NCBI GenBank assembly: GCA_002269645.1
Contig: NIVC01001779.1
Span: 62,001-126,000, forward strand
Length of the DNA stretch: 64,000 nucleotides
Source of the DNA: Macrostomum lignano
Taxonomy: Eukaryota
Direction: 5' to 3'
Below are positions 1 to 12,605 of the stretch, one piece after another. The notes beneath the pieces are model-generated. The model worked only from the letters and a program-made list of their open reading frames with translations, did no database searches and was not told the origin of the DNA. A program made the position numbers and the translations under genes. Each line of letters starts with the position of its first letter. The stretch's first letter is position 1.

Positions 1-1320
1 GAGTGACAGGAGAGACAGTGGAGTGACAGGAGAGACAGTTGAATGACAGTAGAGACAGTGGAGTGACAGAAGTGATAGTGGAGTGACAGGAGAGACAGTG
101 GAGTGACAGAAGTGATAGTGGAGTGACAGGAGAGACAGTGGAGTGACAGGAGAGACAGTGGAGTGACAGGAGAGACAGTGGAGTGACAGAAGTGACAGTG
201 GAGTGACAGGAGAGACAGTGGAGTGACAGGAGAGACAGTGGAGTGACAGAAGTGACAGTGGAGTAACAGGAGAGACAGTGGAGTGACAGAAGAGACAGTG
301 GAGTAACAGGAGAGACAGTGGAGTGACAGGAGAGACAGTGGAGTGACAGGAGAGACAGTGGAGTGACAGAAGCGACAGTGGAGTGACAGGAGAGACAGTG
401 GAGTGACAGAAGTGACAGTGGAGTAACAGGAGAGACAGTGGAGTGACAGAAGTGACAGTGGAGTAACAGGAGAGACAGTGGAGTGACAGAAGAGACAGTG
501 GAGTAACAGGAGAGACAGTGGAGTGACAGGAGAGACAGTGGAGTGACAGAAGTGACAGTGGAGTAACAGGAGAGACAGTGGAGTGACAGAAGTGACAGTG
601 GAGTAACAGGAGAGACAGTGGAGTGACAGAAGTGACAGTGGAGTAACAGGAGAGACAGTGGAGTGACAGAAGAGACAGTGGAGTAACAGGAGAGACAGTG
701 GAGTGACAGGAGAGACAGTGGAGTGACAGAAGTGACAGTGGAGTAACAGGAGAGACAGTGGAGTGACAGAAGTGACAGTGGAGTAACAGGAGAGACAGTG
801 GAGTGACAGAAGAGACAGTGGAGTAACAGGAGAGACAGTGGAGTGACAGAAGTGACAGTGGAGTGACAGGAGAGACAGTGGAGTGACAGAAGAGACAGTG
901 GAGTAACAGGAGAGACAGTGGAGTGACAGGAGAGACAGTGGAGTGACAGAAGTGACAGTGGAGTAACAGGAGAGACAGTGGAGTGACAGAAGTGACAGTG
1001 GAGTAACAGGAGAGACAGTGGAGTGACAGAAGTGACAGTGGAGTAACAGGAGAGACAGTGGAGTGACAGAAGAGACAGTGGAGTAACAGGAGAGACAGTG
1101 GAGTGACAGGAGAGACAGTGGAGTGACAGAAGTGACAGTGGAGTAACAGGAGAGACAGTGGAGTGACAGAAGTGACAGTGGAGTAACAGGAGAGACAGTG
1201 GAGTGACAGAAGAGACAGTGGAGTAACAGGAGAGACAGTGGAGTGACAGAAGTGACAGTGGAGTGACAGGAGAGACAGTGGAGTGACAGAAGCGCAGTGG
1301 AGTGACAGGAGAGACAGCGG
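1..1320. repeat. 20-bp minisatellite (GAGTGACAGGAGAGACAGTG and variants), intronic, runs off the left edge
   Basis: Direct tandem repetition of two or three 20-bp variants, ending upstream of the acceptor at 1398. Confidence 0.97.
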
Positions 1321-1398
1321 AGAAAAAGTCTGAAAAAAACTAAGCGCAGTGCAGACTTGAGCATTAAATTAAAACGCTTTTTTAATTTTTCAATACAG

Positions 1399-3314
1399 CG
1401 AATCAGACAGGCAAACTTCAGAAGCCTGCCCTGCAATATCAGGCAGTCGGCTAAGGAGCCTCTTCAGCAAGGATACAACGGACAAAGTCTCCTCTAGCCG
1501 TCAATTAGATGTTTCGAGTATCAACCAAGGAGACTGCGGCAGTAGCGTTGGAAGTGGCGAAAGTGACAATGAAGACAATGGTATGTGTCTAATTTAAAAA
1601 ACTAATAATTGAAACTTTTTGGAAACTGTTTCAAGTGAACTGTTGTAGAGCCAACCAGTAATAAGAAAAACAAACAATTCACATATATGTACGCGGACAC
1701 AATCCATTTTTAGACGGACACAACAATCCACTGATAAGACAGGCAAAATCCACTGTTAAGATGGACACAATCTCACTGTTAAGATGGACACAATCTCGCT
1801 GTTAAGATGGACACAATCTCACTGTTAAGATGGACACAATCTCGCTGTTAAGATGGACACAATCTCACTGTTAAGATGGACACAATCTCACTGTTAAGAT
1901 GGACACAATCTCGCTGTTAAGATGGACACAATCTCACTGTTAAGATGGACACAATCTCGCTGTTAAGATGGACACAATCTCACTGTTAAGATGGACACAA
2001 TCTCGCTGTTAAGATGGACACAATCTCACTGTTAAGATGGACACAATCTCGCTGTTAAGATGGACACAATCTCACTATTAAGATGGACACAATCTCGCTG
2101 TTAAGATGGACACAACCTCGCTGTTTAGACGGGGACAATCCACTGTTTAGACAGACACAATCCAGACACAATCCTGATTCCATTTTCATTGCAGTCTGCA
2201 GTCCAGAAACTCGCCAACGGTTCCTGACCGAGTTCCGCAACCGTCTGTCCCGGCTGAAGCAGCTGACTCAACCGCAGACCTCCAGCCTGACCGATCCAGA
2301 CCGTTTGAAGCAGCTCAATCAGCGTCTTCAAGAAATTGTACAGAGAAATATCGCACTGCAAAAGGACGAGATGGATAAATTTTGGGTCGATTTGAACGTT
2401 CGAATTCCTAAAAGAGAGCCTGCAACAGCGGACCAATTTGGTGTTGGTCAACTAAGCGCTACTAAGGGCAAAGGTGGAGCAGTCAAGGTGGGTAAAGCAT
2501 GAAATACGGACAAATTAATAAAAAAATATATATCTTTTAGAAAGTTTTATTAACTTAAGTTCGTTTTTACGAAGTTTTTTTTCCCTTTTCATAGTCCTGT
2601 GATAAGGTTATGGAGAGAAAAAAATTGTTATACTTTTAGGCTTAATTGTTAGACAACCCGAGCCTTCAATTTTTTGAGGAAACAAAAAACCTTGTTTTGT
2701 TTAAACTCTAGCAAAGTTTTCGTTATTTATTCAAGAATAGTTGTATCTTTATTCACTTAATATCAAGGAGAAATTTACGTTTTCTAGAATGGTTTTTGAA
2801 GGCTGGCTTGACGCGATAATTGGATAATTAAGTGGATAGTTACTAGATTTAACACGAAAAATCGTATAATCAATTTATCAATTGTTTTAACCAGAAAACA
2901 ATTCGATTTTTTATCGTGCAGACAAAATCATCTGGAAAATCGACCAAGAGATCATCGGCTGCAGGTGGAAGCAGCTCCAATCAAGGATACTGCAGCAACA
3001 CACACCTGTTTCGCCTTCAAGTCAGTCCAAAGAGTTACCTTTGCACAGCGCTGCAACCACTGCTAGTTCGTTTAGGACTGCTAACCGACACGCGAGGCAG
3101 ACCATTTCAAATGAGTCTCAATGGTTTCCTAGTTGCTCAAGACGGGGACAGTGCTCAGAAAAGTCAATCGGGGCGCAGTCAACCACAAGAGGTCAGTCTG
3201 TTGCAGACTGTTCACGAAATCTTGTTGCAATCTTCACCTGCTAACAAAAAAGGTAGCAGCAGCAGAATACAGAGATCCAGCAGTAACGTTGAGCTCTTTC
3301 TCAACATGAACTGA
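1399..3314 (+). CDS. 3' part of a spliced gene of unknown function (exons 1399-1580, 2195-2487, 2922-3314); Ser-rich and coiled segments, C-terminus possibly a ubiquitin-like beta-grasp fold
   Basis: Acceptors ttttcaatacag (1398), ttcattgcag (2194) and ttatcgtgcag (2921); donors gtatgt (1581) and gtgggt (2488). Phases 1/1 and 0/0 join into one open frame ending in TGA at 3314. The Ubl idea is a pattern guess only. Confidence 0.75.
1751..2150. repeat. 23-bp minisatellite (CACTGTTAAGATGGACACAATCT, alternating CAC/CGC variants), intronic
   Basis: Tandem units visible directly, filling the intron 1581-2194. Confidence 0.95.
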
Positions 3315-4239
3315 TGCGCGGGCCCAGAACATTGTTCTTGCTTGTTAGTTCCGATAAAACCGTACAACATTCCGACGTCTGCCAACCGGACCCGACGTCG
3401 AATGTTTGATATTACACCGTTGACCGACGCTATAACGTCTTCATCCGTCGGCGTAACGTAAAAATGCCCATTCACCAATGACGTCCATCAACGATCGGTG
3501 CGTCCGCGGACGTCGGAATGCTGCACTAGAAATCAACGCCAGAGAAAAGGCGTTTTCTTAATTATATAAACAAATTTTGCTGCTGCCAAACCCTCTTTCT
3601 GGCATCGGGTTGTTTTATTGACCTAATTGTCATGGCTCGGAGTGTCGCTGCTTTAAGGCGCCAAAACTTTTTAGTTGCCTTTTCAGTCTCAAGCTCATTC
3701 TTGAGCATTCTCGATATTTAAAGACGTCTTTGGAGTTATTTATTTACTGTTATAGTTTGGTTGCATATTATGTAGTTAGGAGAATGAGGCTAGCCATTTA
3801 ATTCCGTATTTGATGTTATGGATTCCACATTTAGGGTCGTGGATTCCACATTGGGAGACGTGAATTCCATATTAGACATCGTGGGTTTTATTTTTAGCAT
3901 TACATCCAAACTCAGACTATAGACAAAAGAACCCAGGTTAGTTGAAAAATTAAACTTAAAAACCCATTCATACTACTTGTATCCTTACATAGGTAGTATT
4001 ATTTGCAAATAGAGGCAATAATATGGCAACAGTGCAAAACATACATGCATTTACTTGGGTAATGTCAAAGATCACTGCAAGGTCATAGCTATGTCAGCAA
4101 AGTGCAGAGATTTTTTAGCAACAAAAATAGCAACAAAATTTTCATTTTAATGTTACCGTCTGGCTATTTTAAAACTGATAAGTGATAGATACAGAAGTTG
4201 AAAGCATTATGGATTTATTTCTTGTCTTGCTTTAGCACA

Positions 4240-4445
4240 GGGGCGCCAGCACCAGGGGATTTAGCACCAGGGTTTTAACACCAGGGACTTTAGCACCAGG
4301 GGTTTTAGCACCAGGGGTTTTAGCACCAGAGGCTTTAGCAACAGGGGTTTTAGCACCAGGGGTTTTAGCACCAGGGGTTTTAGCACCAGAGGCTTTAGCA
4401 ACAGGGGCTTTAGCACAAGGGGCTTTAGCACCAGGGGCGCCAGCA
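4240..4445. repeat. 15-bp minisatellite (TAGCACCAGGGGTTT)
   Basis: Tandem units; this explains the spurious LVLKP ORF. Confidence 0.92.
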
Positions 4446-5667
4446 ATAGTCTACATTTCTCTGAAATTTCAAAGATACTGTTTAAGTGTCCTGCTGCATG
4501 CTTAAAACTACACAAGCATATATAATGAGATTTTTTAGCATATCCGCTTAGCCATAAGTGAAAAAATTCCAACTAAATACGTTCTAAACACCCTTATCAA
4601 TTATAGCGGTGCATAAGTGGCAAAAGGCAAACAGTTAGACATTACACAGCTGGTACATAACTATAGAGAGAACGTTAATAAACTTTTTTCATCTTATCTG
4701 CTTTGGTACAGTTGAATGCAGCGTAGGAATGTAACTTAATGCAGTTTTTTAGTGTCTAAATTACTAAATAAAAAGTCTGGTGAGAGAGAAAGGCTACAAG
4801 GTAAGTCTAGCTTAGTCAGCTAGCTAGTTAGTTTACAAAAATACGCCGACTGACATTGCAGCGTACCTTCAAAGGACCCGACTGTACTTGCATTAGAATT
4901 ATAATAGCTACGATTTTATATAATGTACAAATGTGCTGAGCAATGTGCAAACAATGTACACAAGGATAGAGAGGAAGCTTAGAAGAGAGGGATCCTTGAT
5001 TGGGAGGCGCATTAAATCAAGGACCTCTATGAACTACCTGGACTGTCAACGCCCCCGCGCAGCTAAACGTCATAAAAACAACCAATTCCTATTCTTCTAT
5101 TCCAGACGTCTGTAAGAGTCCCTGGCTAGAAAGTCTCCTTGTGCAAGTAAGCTGAGGGCTTGCCAAGGGAACAGGGAAGGAGAGAGAGAGTGGGGTAGAC
5201 AAGAGGGGATGAAGGGAGCAAGCTCGGCTGTCTCGAGGCGAGGGGGAAGAGAGGCCGAAGGCTTATAACCGGCTCCATAGGGGCGAGGAAATGAGGTTTT
5301 CGTTTCAAGGAATTAGTTGAATAGAAAGCAGTCTGGGGAGTCCTCTCACCATGGGGCTATAGCCCGAGATGCTGGGGTGATAAACTATACCGCCGAAAAC
5401 CTTTCTGAGCACGTTCTGCAGGCTGAAGTAAAGTGGGGGGAATCATGCAGTAATATACATTACGGGCTGCGATAGGGTGACTCAGGGAACGGCATGCTCT
5501 GTAACGGCATAATGAGTGGTTCCTGCCGTCTGCATGCTGGCATACAAAATTATTTATACTTAAATCATAAAAAATCTCTTAAATTTTATGCACAGCACAA
5601 TTTCTGAGTACATACAATAATTTTTTAGCCATTTGCGCAGTTCTTTTTTAATTTCCATTAACTACAA

Positions 5668-6116
<449 letters not shown>

Positions 6117-6420
6117 CGAGTTGAGAGGAGTCAGATGCAAGGGAACTTAGCCAGCAGTTATTGCCAAAAATGCGTGACTTCTCATCTCTCTGTAAAACGA
6201 GGCTCTCTCCCCAGTCTGCAGCTGCGCACCCTCCACTCCCGTCCGGCAGCTCCTCGGTCGCCTCTAATTGGCCCGGAGAGAGTGTACAATCGTACGCGTA
6301 CGCATATTACCGTATTTTTTATTACTGACGCGCCGCCGGCCATAAATTGCCTCCCGAGAAAGGCAGCTGGTCACACGGATCCTTGAAAGGTTTTTAACGT
6401 CTGTAAAACTATACCAAATA

Positions 6421-6729
6421 ATGGCCAAAGGTCGTCACATGCCAGTGAACCCGTCATTTTTGCAGGTCATCGGCCGCATTGTCCGCTCGCCGGACAGCTT
6501 CCCTCTGCTAGCGGCTCTGAGCACGGCAGCCACTATGCTCACTGGCTTCATTACATATCAGTTCTATACGAGACCAGATTTCAAAGCTCTGAGAGTGTCT
6601 AGCAACGCCAAGGATGGCATCGATAAGCCGTTGAGTTACCATAGCAACCGGCTGATGTGGATTGGCAAGAAGACCAATGAAACGCCAAAGGAAGTGAACG
6701 ATATTATCAAGTCGGTGCGGTCATCGTGA
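6421..6729 (+). CDS. NDUFA4/COXFA4 (B12D, MLRQ)-family single-pass mitochondrial microprotein, paralog 1 (102 aa, intronless)
   Basis: ATG at 6421. The pattern P-L-hydrophobic helix-Y..-PD (SFPLLAALSTAATMLTGFITYQFYTRPDF) and C-terminal E-V-xx-I resemble NDUFA4 and C15orf48 ([26 protein letters not shown]...EELQNV). Roughly half identical to the paralog at 8525. Confidence 0.75.
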   Translation: MAKGRHMPVNPSFLQVIGRIVRSPDSFPLLAALSTAATMLTGFITYQFYTRPDFKALRVSSNAKDGIDKPLSYHSNRLMWIGKKTNETPKEVNDIIKSVRSS

Positions 6730-7399
6730 AAGGAAGGTTTAAACAAAAAATCAACAATTTAATAGTGACCTCGCATATACCTTACTGCGTTGTTTTACTG
6801 TGTATTCGTGTTAGCAACTACAACTATTATCCAGATGTCGAATAGTCATTAGAAAAGTTTCAAGATTTAAAATCGTTTTTTTCGTTGTCTAATAATTATT
6901 ATAGCTATGCTATTTCTGTTTTCGTTGCTCTGAAGAGTTACTTAAAGTACATCTGATGCTACTTGCCCTTTCTGCTTTAGTTTTCTTTCAGAATTTTGCT
7001 AAGCAAATTTAAAAAAAATTAACTTCTGAATCAATCGATTCTGTTTCTGAAGGTTTTCGTTTTTTGAGCGTAAAATACAATTTGATTTTCTTGCACCGCG
7101 TTTAGCTACTTGTTTGAGCAGGGAAAGGTCATGAAACCTCTAGCCTATGCAATATATTGCAAGGTAGTTACATGTACGTACCATTTGACGCACTGTGTTT
7201 TTACAAGGATAACAGTGAATATTGCTCACTATTACATCATTAATACTACTTATTTACCGAATAGTCAATAAAGCTTGGATTGTGTTGTCTTAATAATAGT
7301 AAAGAATTTTTGTTAGAATGCTGTCTGGTTTTTACTTTATAATTACTTTTTTAGCCAAGAATTCTACATGAGTACATTATATTCAGAATCGATGTTGTC

Positions 7400-7905
7400 A
7401 GCGCTCATTTTAGCGCCGCAGGCACTCATTTTAGCGCCGCAGGCACCCATTTTAGCGCCGCAGGCACTCATTTAGGCGCCGTAGGCACTCATTTTGGCGC
7501 CACAGGCACTCATTTTGGAGCCGCAGGCACTCATTTTGGAGCCGCAGGCACTCATTTTGGAGCCGCAGGCACTCATTTTGGAGCCGCAGGCACTCATTTT
7601 GGAGCCGCAGGCACTCATTTTGGAGCCGCAGGCACTCATTTTGGAGCCGCAGGCACTCATTTTGGAGCCGCAGGCACTCATTTTGGAGCCGCAGGCACTC
7701 ATTTTGGAGCCGCAGGCACTCATTTTGGAGCCGCAGGCACTCATTTTGGAGCCGCAGGCACTCATTTTAGCGCCGCAGGCACTCATTTTAGCACCGCAGG
7801 CACTCATTTTAGCGCCGTAGGCACTCATTTTAGCGCCGCAGGCACTCATTTTGGAGCCGCAGGCACTCATTTTAGCACCGCAGGCACTCATTTTGGCGCC
7901 GCAAG
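7400..7905. repeat. 21-bp minisatellite (CACTCATTTTGGAGCCGCAGG)
   Basis: Tandem units; this explains the MSACGSK and PQALILE ORFs. Confidence 0.96.
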
Positions 7906-8524
7906 CTCTATATGGTTAACTTGTCGCCCTGATGCAAAATTATTGATTTCCATAACGGGTCGTAAGGTGGGGGTGGGGGGGGGACAAAGCATTGGCATGT
8001 CCCCCAGTAGCTTCTACTGGGTCTCCCACCTGGTCCCCCGGTGGCGACACCCCTCCTTTTCACATGTTGAACCATGTTTGTCTGATGAAATCTGTTACGC
8101 TCGTATTTATGTCTACTACGGTCCAATGCTTGGTTGGTACAACTTTGCAAATGATTCATTTGCTCATCACTTGCACGACGCACTCACACAAGGTTGTTGT
8201 ACAGCAGCATTGACTCTCTCTCATTGTTAGGTATGTACACGCGATAACCGCGTACCGACCTTCGACCTAAGGACAACCATCCAACCATAAGTTTGTGGCT
8301 CCAGTAATTCTGTTCATCAAATTGAAACAAGATGTCTTGACGTGTTGTCAGGGTGACTCAGACGCCATAGACTATTGCTTAGAGTACGCGATTCAGTCTG
8401 GTAGTTTATAGAGTACTTTCACTCTAAAGTGTTAAATCAATTTTTCAGCATCTTTTTTCTTAGGATTCGATTGTCTCAATATTGATTACAAAATCCATAC
8501 TATATAGTAGCAACAATACAAAGC

Positions 8525-8860
8525 ATGACCAACAACAGCAAACTGTCCTCGCATCGGATCGGCAGAATTCAGCCTAATCCGACGTTATTCAAATTTGTGT
8601 TCAAAGTGGCCAAGTCGCCGGACAGTTACCCGCTACTGACCGCCTTGAGTGCCGCTGCCGCGATGCTCTGCGCCTACGCGGTGTACCAGTTCAACAGGCG
8701 GCCGGACTTTAAAGCGCTGCGCATCTCTAGCAACGCTAAGGAGAACATCGACAAGCCGATTGGTTACCATAGCAACAGGGTTTTTAAAATCGGAATGAGA
8801 CAGCAAGATCCAACACCGGAGAAGGTGAAAGACATTATTAAGTCGGTGCAAAGTCCTTGA
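8525..8860 (+). CDS. NDUFA4/COXFA4 (B12D)-family microprotein, paralog 2 (111 aa, intronless)
   Basis: ATG at 8525. SPDSYPLLTALSAAAAMLCAYAVYQFNRRPDFKALRISSNAK aligns without gaps to paralog 1, with many synonymous-type differences. Upstream acceptor tttttcttag at about 8463. Confidence 0.75.
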   Translation: MTNNSKLSSHRIGRIQPNPTLFKFVFKVAKSPDSYPLLTALSAAAAMLCAYAVYQFNRRPDFKALRISSNAKENIDKPIGYHSNRVFKIGMRQQDPTPEKVKDIIKSVQSP

Positions 8861-9324
8861 CTTTAAATGCTGGTTTCAATAACTGATACTCTCTCTCTCT
8901 CTCGACGCCAGGGTAATATAAACTGATTCTCCATTTGCTCTGACTTGCTTTTTAATTTGCTTGAAAAAACTGTAAAGCAACCCTCTACGCTAATCCATGG
9001 CTTTCACTGAACGTTAATAAATATAGGGCTCTCGGGTCTCTCTTATCAATATTAAATTCTTGAGTCTCTGATCAATACCCCCAGTCAATAAAAATCCGTT
9101 TTTACGGCTATTAGAAAAGCAAACGATTAAATTGCTTGCGTGAGAAATCCCAAGCTTTGTTTTAATCGACGTTTTTGTTTCACTATGAAAATTGAAGACA
9201 CGATTTTTAGCTGTATTCTAAGCCTTAAGATTCTTCCTATAAAATTGCAACTGTCAGGGGGCTCAGAAAGGATATTTTATTGGGTGGGGAGCCGCCAGCA
9301 AGGAGCTCCAGTACAAGTATGAGA

Positions 9325-9870
9325 GGCGCCATCGTGGATAATACATCGGGGATAAGCCATCGGAGATAAGACATCGTGGATAAGACATCGTGGATAAGAC
9401 ATCGTGGATGAGACATCGTGGATAAGACATCGGGGATAAGCCATCGCGGATATGACATCGTAGATAAGACATCGTGGATAAGACATTGTGGATAAGACAT
9501 CGTGGATAAGACATCGTGAATAAGACATCGTAGATAAAACATCGTGGATGAGACATCGTGGATAAGCCATCGAGGATAAGACATCGTGGATAAGACATCG
9601 TGGATAAGCCATCGTGGATAAGACATCGTGGATAAGACATCGTGGATAAGACATTGTGGATAAGACATCGTGGATAAGACATCGTGGATAAGACATCGTG
9701 GATAAGACATCGTGGATAAGACATCGTTGATAAGACATCGGGGATAAGACATCGTGGATAAGACATCGTGGATAAGACATCGTGGATAAGACATCGGGAT
9801 AAGACATCGTGGATAAGACATCGGGATAAGACATCGTGGATAAGACATCGTGGATGAGACATCGTGGATA
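9325..9870. repeat. 14-bp minisatellite (GATAAGACATCGTG)
   Basis: Tandem units; this explains the three MSYPRCLIHDVLST ORFs. Confidence 0.95.
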
Positions 9871-10823
9871 AAACCACCGTGGTTAAACTATCGTTAATAA
9901 ACAATCGTGGGGCGTCTTTTTTACTTCTTCTTCTCTAGCTACTGCCACTTTTAGACGCACATGTGAACAATACAAAGTAATTTAAAAAAGTAATTGAATA
10001 TAAGATGCTAGAATCAAACATCCAGCTCAACTGGCTACGCTTTTGGCGCCTAAATTCATTCTCAATAGACTCGGTTGCTTGCCTGCTAGTCTCTCATAGT
10101 CCACTCTCTGTATCCACTCACTGCATGCACTGACTATGCAGCTACACACATACGCTGAGCTGCGTGAATAGGAAGCAAATAAACGGATTGAAATACGACC
10201 TAAACAACGGTGCATCAGCTACACAAATGAGCCGGCTGTAGAAATCCATTAAGAGCTACGCTAGCCAGCTAACGTTGTAGCTATTTTTAACCTCTAAGCC
10301 GCGCGTGGGGACCGACTGCTGGACACGGTTCAGTACAAGGTCGACTGGGCTATCTAAACCATATAGAGCTATTCCAGATAAATAGTTGTACTAGCTAATA
10401 AAACTGTCTTGCCAGGAGAATACACCCAACCTTCATTTCTCCGTAGCCACCAATGCAGTTTTAAATATAAAAGCTCTCGCGGACTGCAGTCTGTCGGCCT
10501 CCTCGGGCTGATGGATGAGCCTCTAGAAGGGGAAGCGGTAGCTTTTTCTAGAATGCTTTTTCTGCGCCAGTTACGAGCCTCGTACCGTATATTAAATTCA
10601 CTTGCGTAGGTATGCTTCAGATATGTTCTATACGAGACTTGCACTATAAATATGGTAAATGCGAACAGTTATTTTGAAGTGCAACCGTAAGATTGAATGC
10701 CAAACTAACCGCAAATCTAGAAAAATACTGATTTAGGGGGTCACTTTAGTTATGAGGGTTATCAAACTTTTGGCGCATTATATTACCTTACCAGATCCCA
10801 TGTTCCTTATGGATGATAAAAGC

Positions 10824-11222
<399 letters not shown>

Positions 11223-11505
11223 TTAAACGCTTCACGCCATCTTTTTTAATCAAATGCCAAAAAGACTGCCATCGAGTTTTTAAACGAATACTGAAACTAT
11301 TTTCCAAAAAATAAAAGAGCCCAAACGCTACTACTAACGATTGAAATACAAGTTGCATTTTAAGCTCAAATTTAAGTAAGTCAGTTAGGAAACTTGTATA
11401 AATTTTAAATAGCTATTCAAGAATGCTTATAGTGTCGTGGAGTTTCACGTAAGCATTTTTACATAGATGCGTACGTATTTGTACATAAATTTTCGTGAAA
11501 GAAGC

Positions 11506-11846
11506 TTAATAGCTGGACTGGTGCAAAGCCGCAGGCGTAGAGAAGTACAGGCCGTTCGCGTTGATGCAGTAGCAGTCCCTATGCCACCAGTCGCCTTTGA
11601 ATTCTTTGAAATCGCAGTTAACGAACGAATTGAAGAATCCAGTTGTCTCTGTCCAGAATGCTGAAGATCTGCAGTTACTCATAAACCGCGGAGCACTCTC
11701 GGAGCATTGCGGGACGTTGGACCGTCCCGGGCGCCCACGGAGACTCGATCGCCTCCTGATAAGCCTGCCCCAGCTTAAGCTCGACGTTTACATGTATATC
11801 GTCGAAACGCTTTTCATTGTTGTTAACAAGGACCGAGTATGAGTTG
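11506..11846 (-). pseudogene. Fibrinogen-related domain (FReD) C-terminal relic with an in-frame stop and frameshift
   Basis: One frame gives *LQIFSILDRDN (FReD motif FST.DRDND). A one-base shift at about 11641 continues GFFNSFVNCDFKEFKGDWWHRDCYCINANGLY* (FReD NC...GGWW...C...N.NG.Y). TAA at 11677-11675 lies in the DRDN frame. Confidence 0.55.
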
Positions 11847-12605
11847 CTGAGATACAAAGGCTCAAAGGGCAGTTGTGAGTTACAAAGCCTCAAAGTTTAT
11901 GCTAAACAGCTATCTTAGGCTTGAAAACTTTATTCATATAAAGAGAAATAGTGATTATACAAAGCCGTTTATATGTACGACGCAGAGCTGCTTCAGAGTG
12001 CACGGCGGTGGCTCACCCAAAGCAGAGGCAGCGTTCGCGGCATGCCGGCCCAGACGCCTTCATCGCCAGAGAATGAGATGGCTTGGTGGCGTCGACGGCG
12101 TGGTCAATCAGCAGGTAACTCGATGGGGGCAGGGTTGTCTCGCCACTCGAAGGTCCCGGCGATCGGTCTCTATAGTTGAAAAAGTACAGTTTTCCTACGA
12201 TACAACTATACCGTAGATGTGATGCTGTATCAATTACCGGTTTCTTATGCTAAGAGTAAAATTGAATATGCTAGATTCGAAGCACGAAAACGCCAATTTT
12301 AGTTAGTTTCTAAATGAAAAATTAAAAACCAATGGCTTGGACAAATGGTCTAAACTGCTTACTCAATACACGACTGCATGAGTAGTAAGTAAGTCAATTA
12401 ACCAACTGTTCAATGGGTTTTAAGTTGGGTAAATTATTGCGTTAAGTCACGACGATAGGAATATTTTGACGTTTCTGAGGTAGCAGCTACAATTGCCAGA
12501 ATGACAGAATTTAATTTGTTGTCATTTTTATCGCAATTATTTTCGTTTAAAGCAGACTAAAATGTAAAATCAAGACAGTTGTTAATCTTGAGTTTCTACC
12601 AGCTC

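Noticed and set aside
4930-5400. Possible LTR or retroelement fragment
   Set aside because: Purine-rich, but no second LTR, PBS/PPT or coding similarity could be identified.
6730-9100. miR-147/miR-210-like hairpin in the 3' regions of the NDUFA4-like genes (by analogy with C15orf48)
   Set aside because: No GTGTGCGG or CTGTGCGT seed-containing sequence or clear hairpin was seen by eye. Small-RNA data would be needed to exclude it.
11597-11842. Plus-strand ORF with RLDRLLISLPQLK, resembling nuclear receptor helix 10
   Set aside because: Isolated motif with a TTG start and no other receptor exons. The opposite strand is better explained by FReD motifs.
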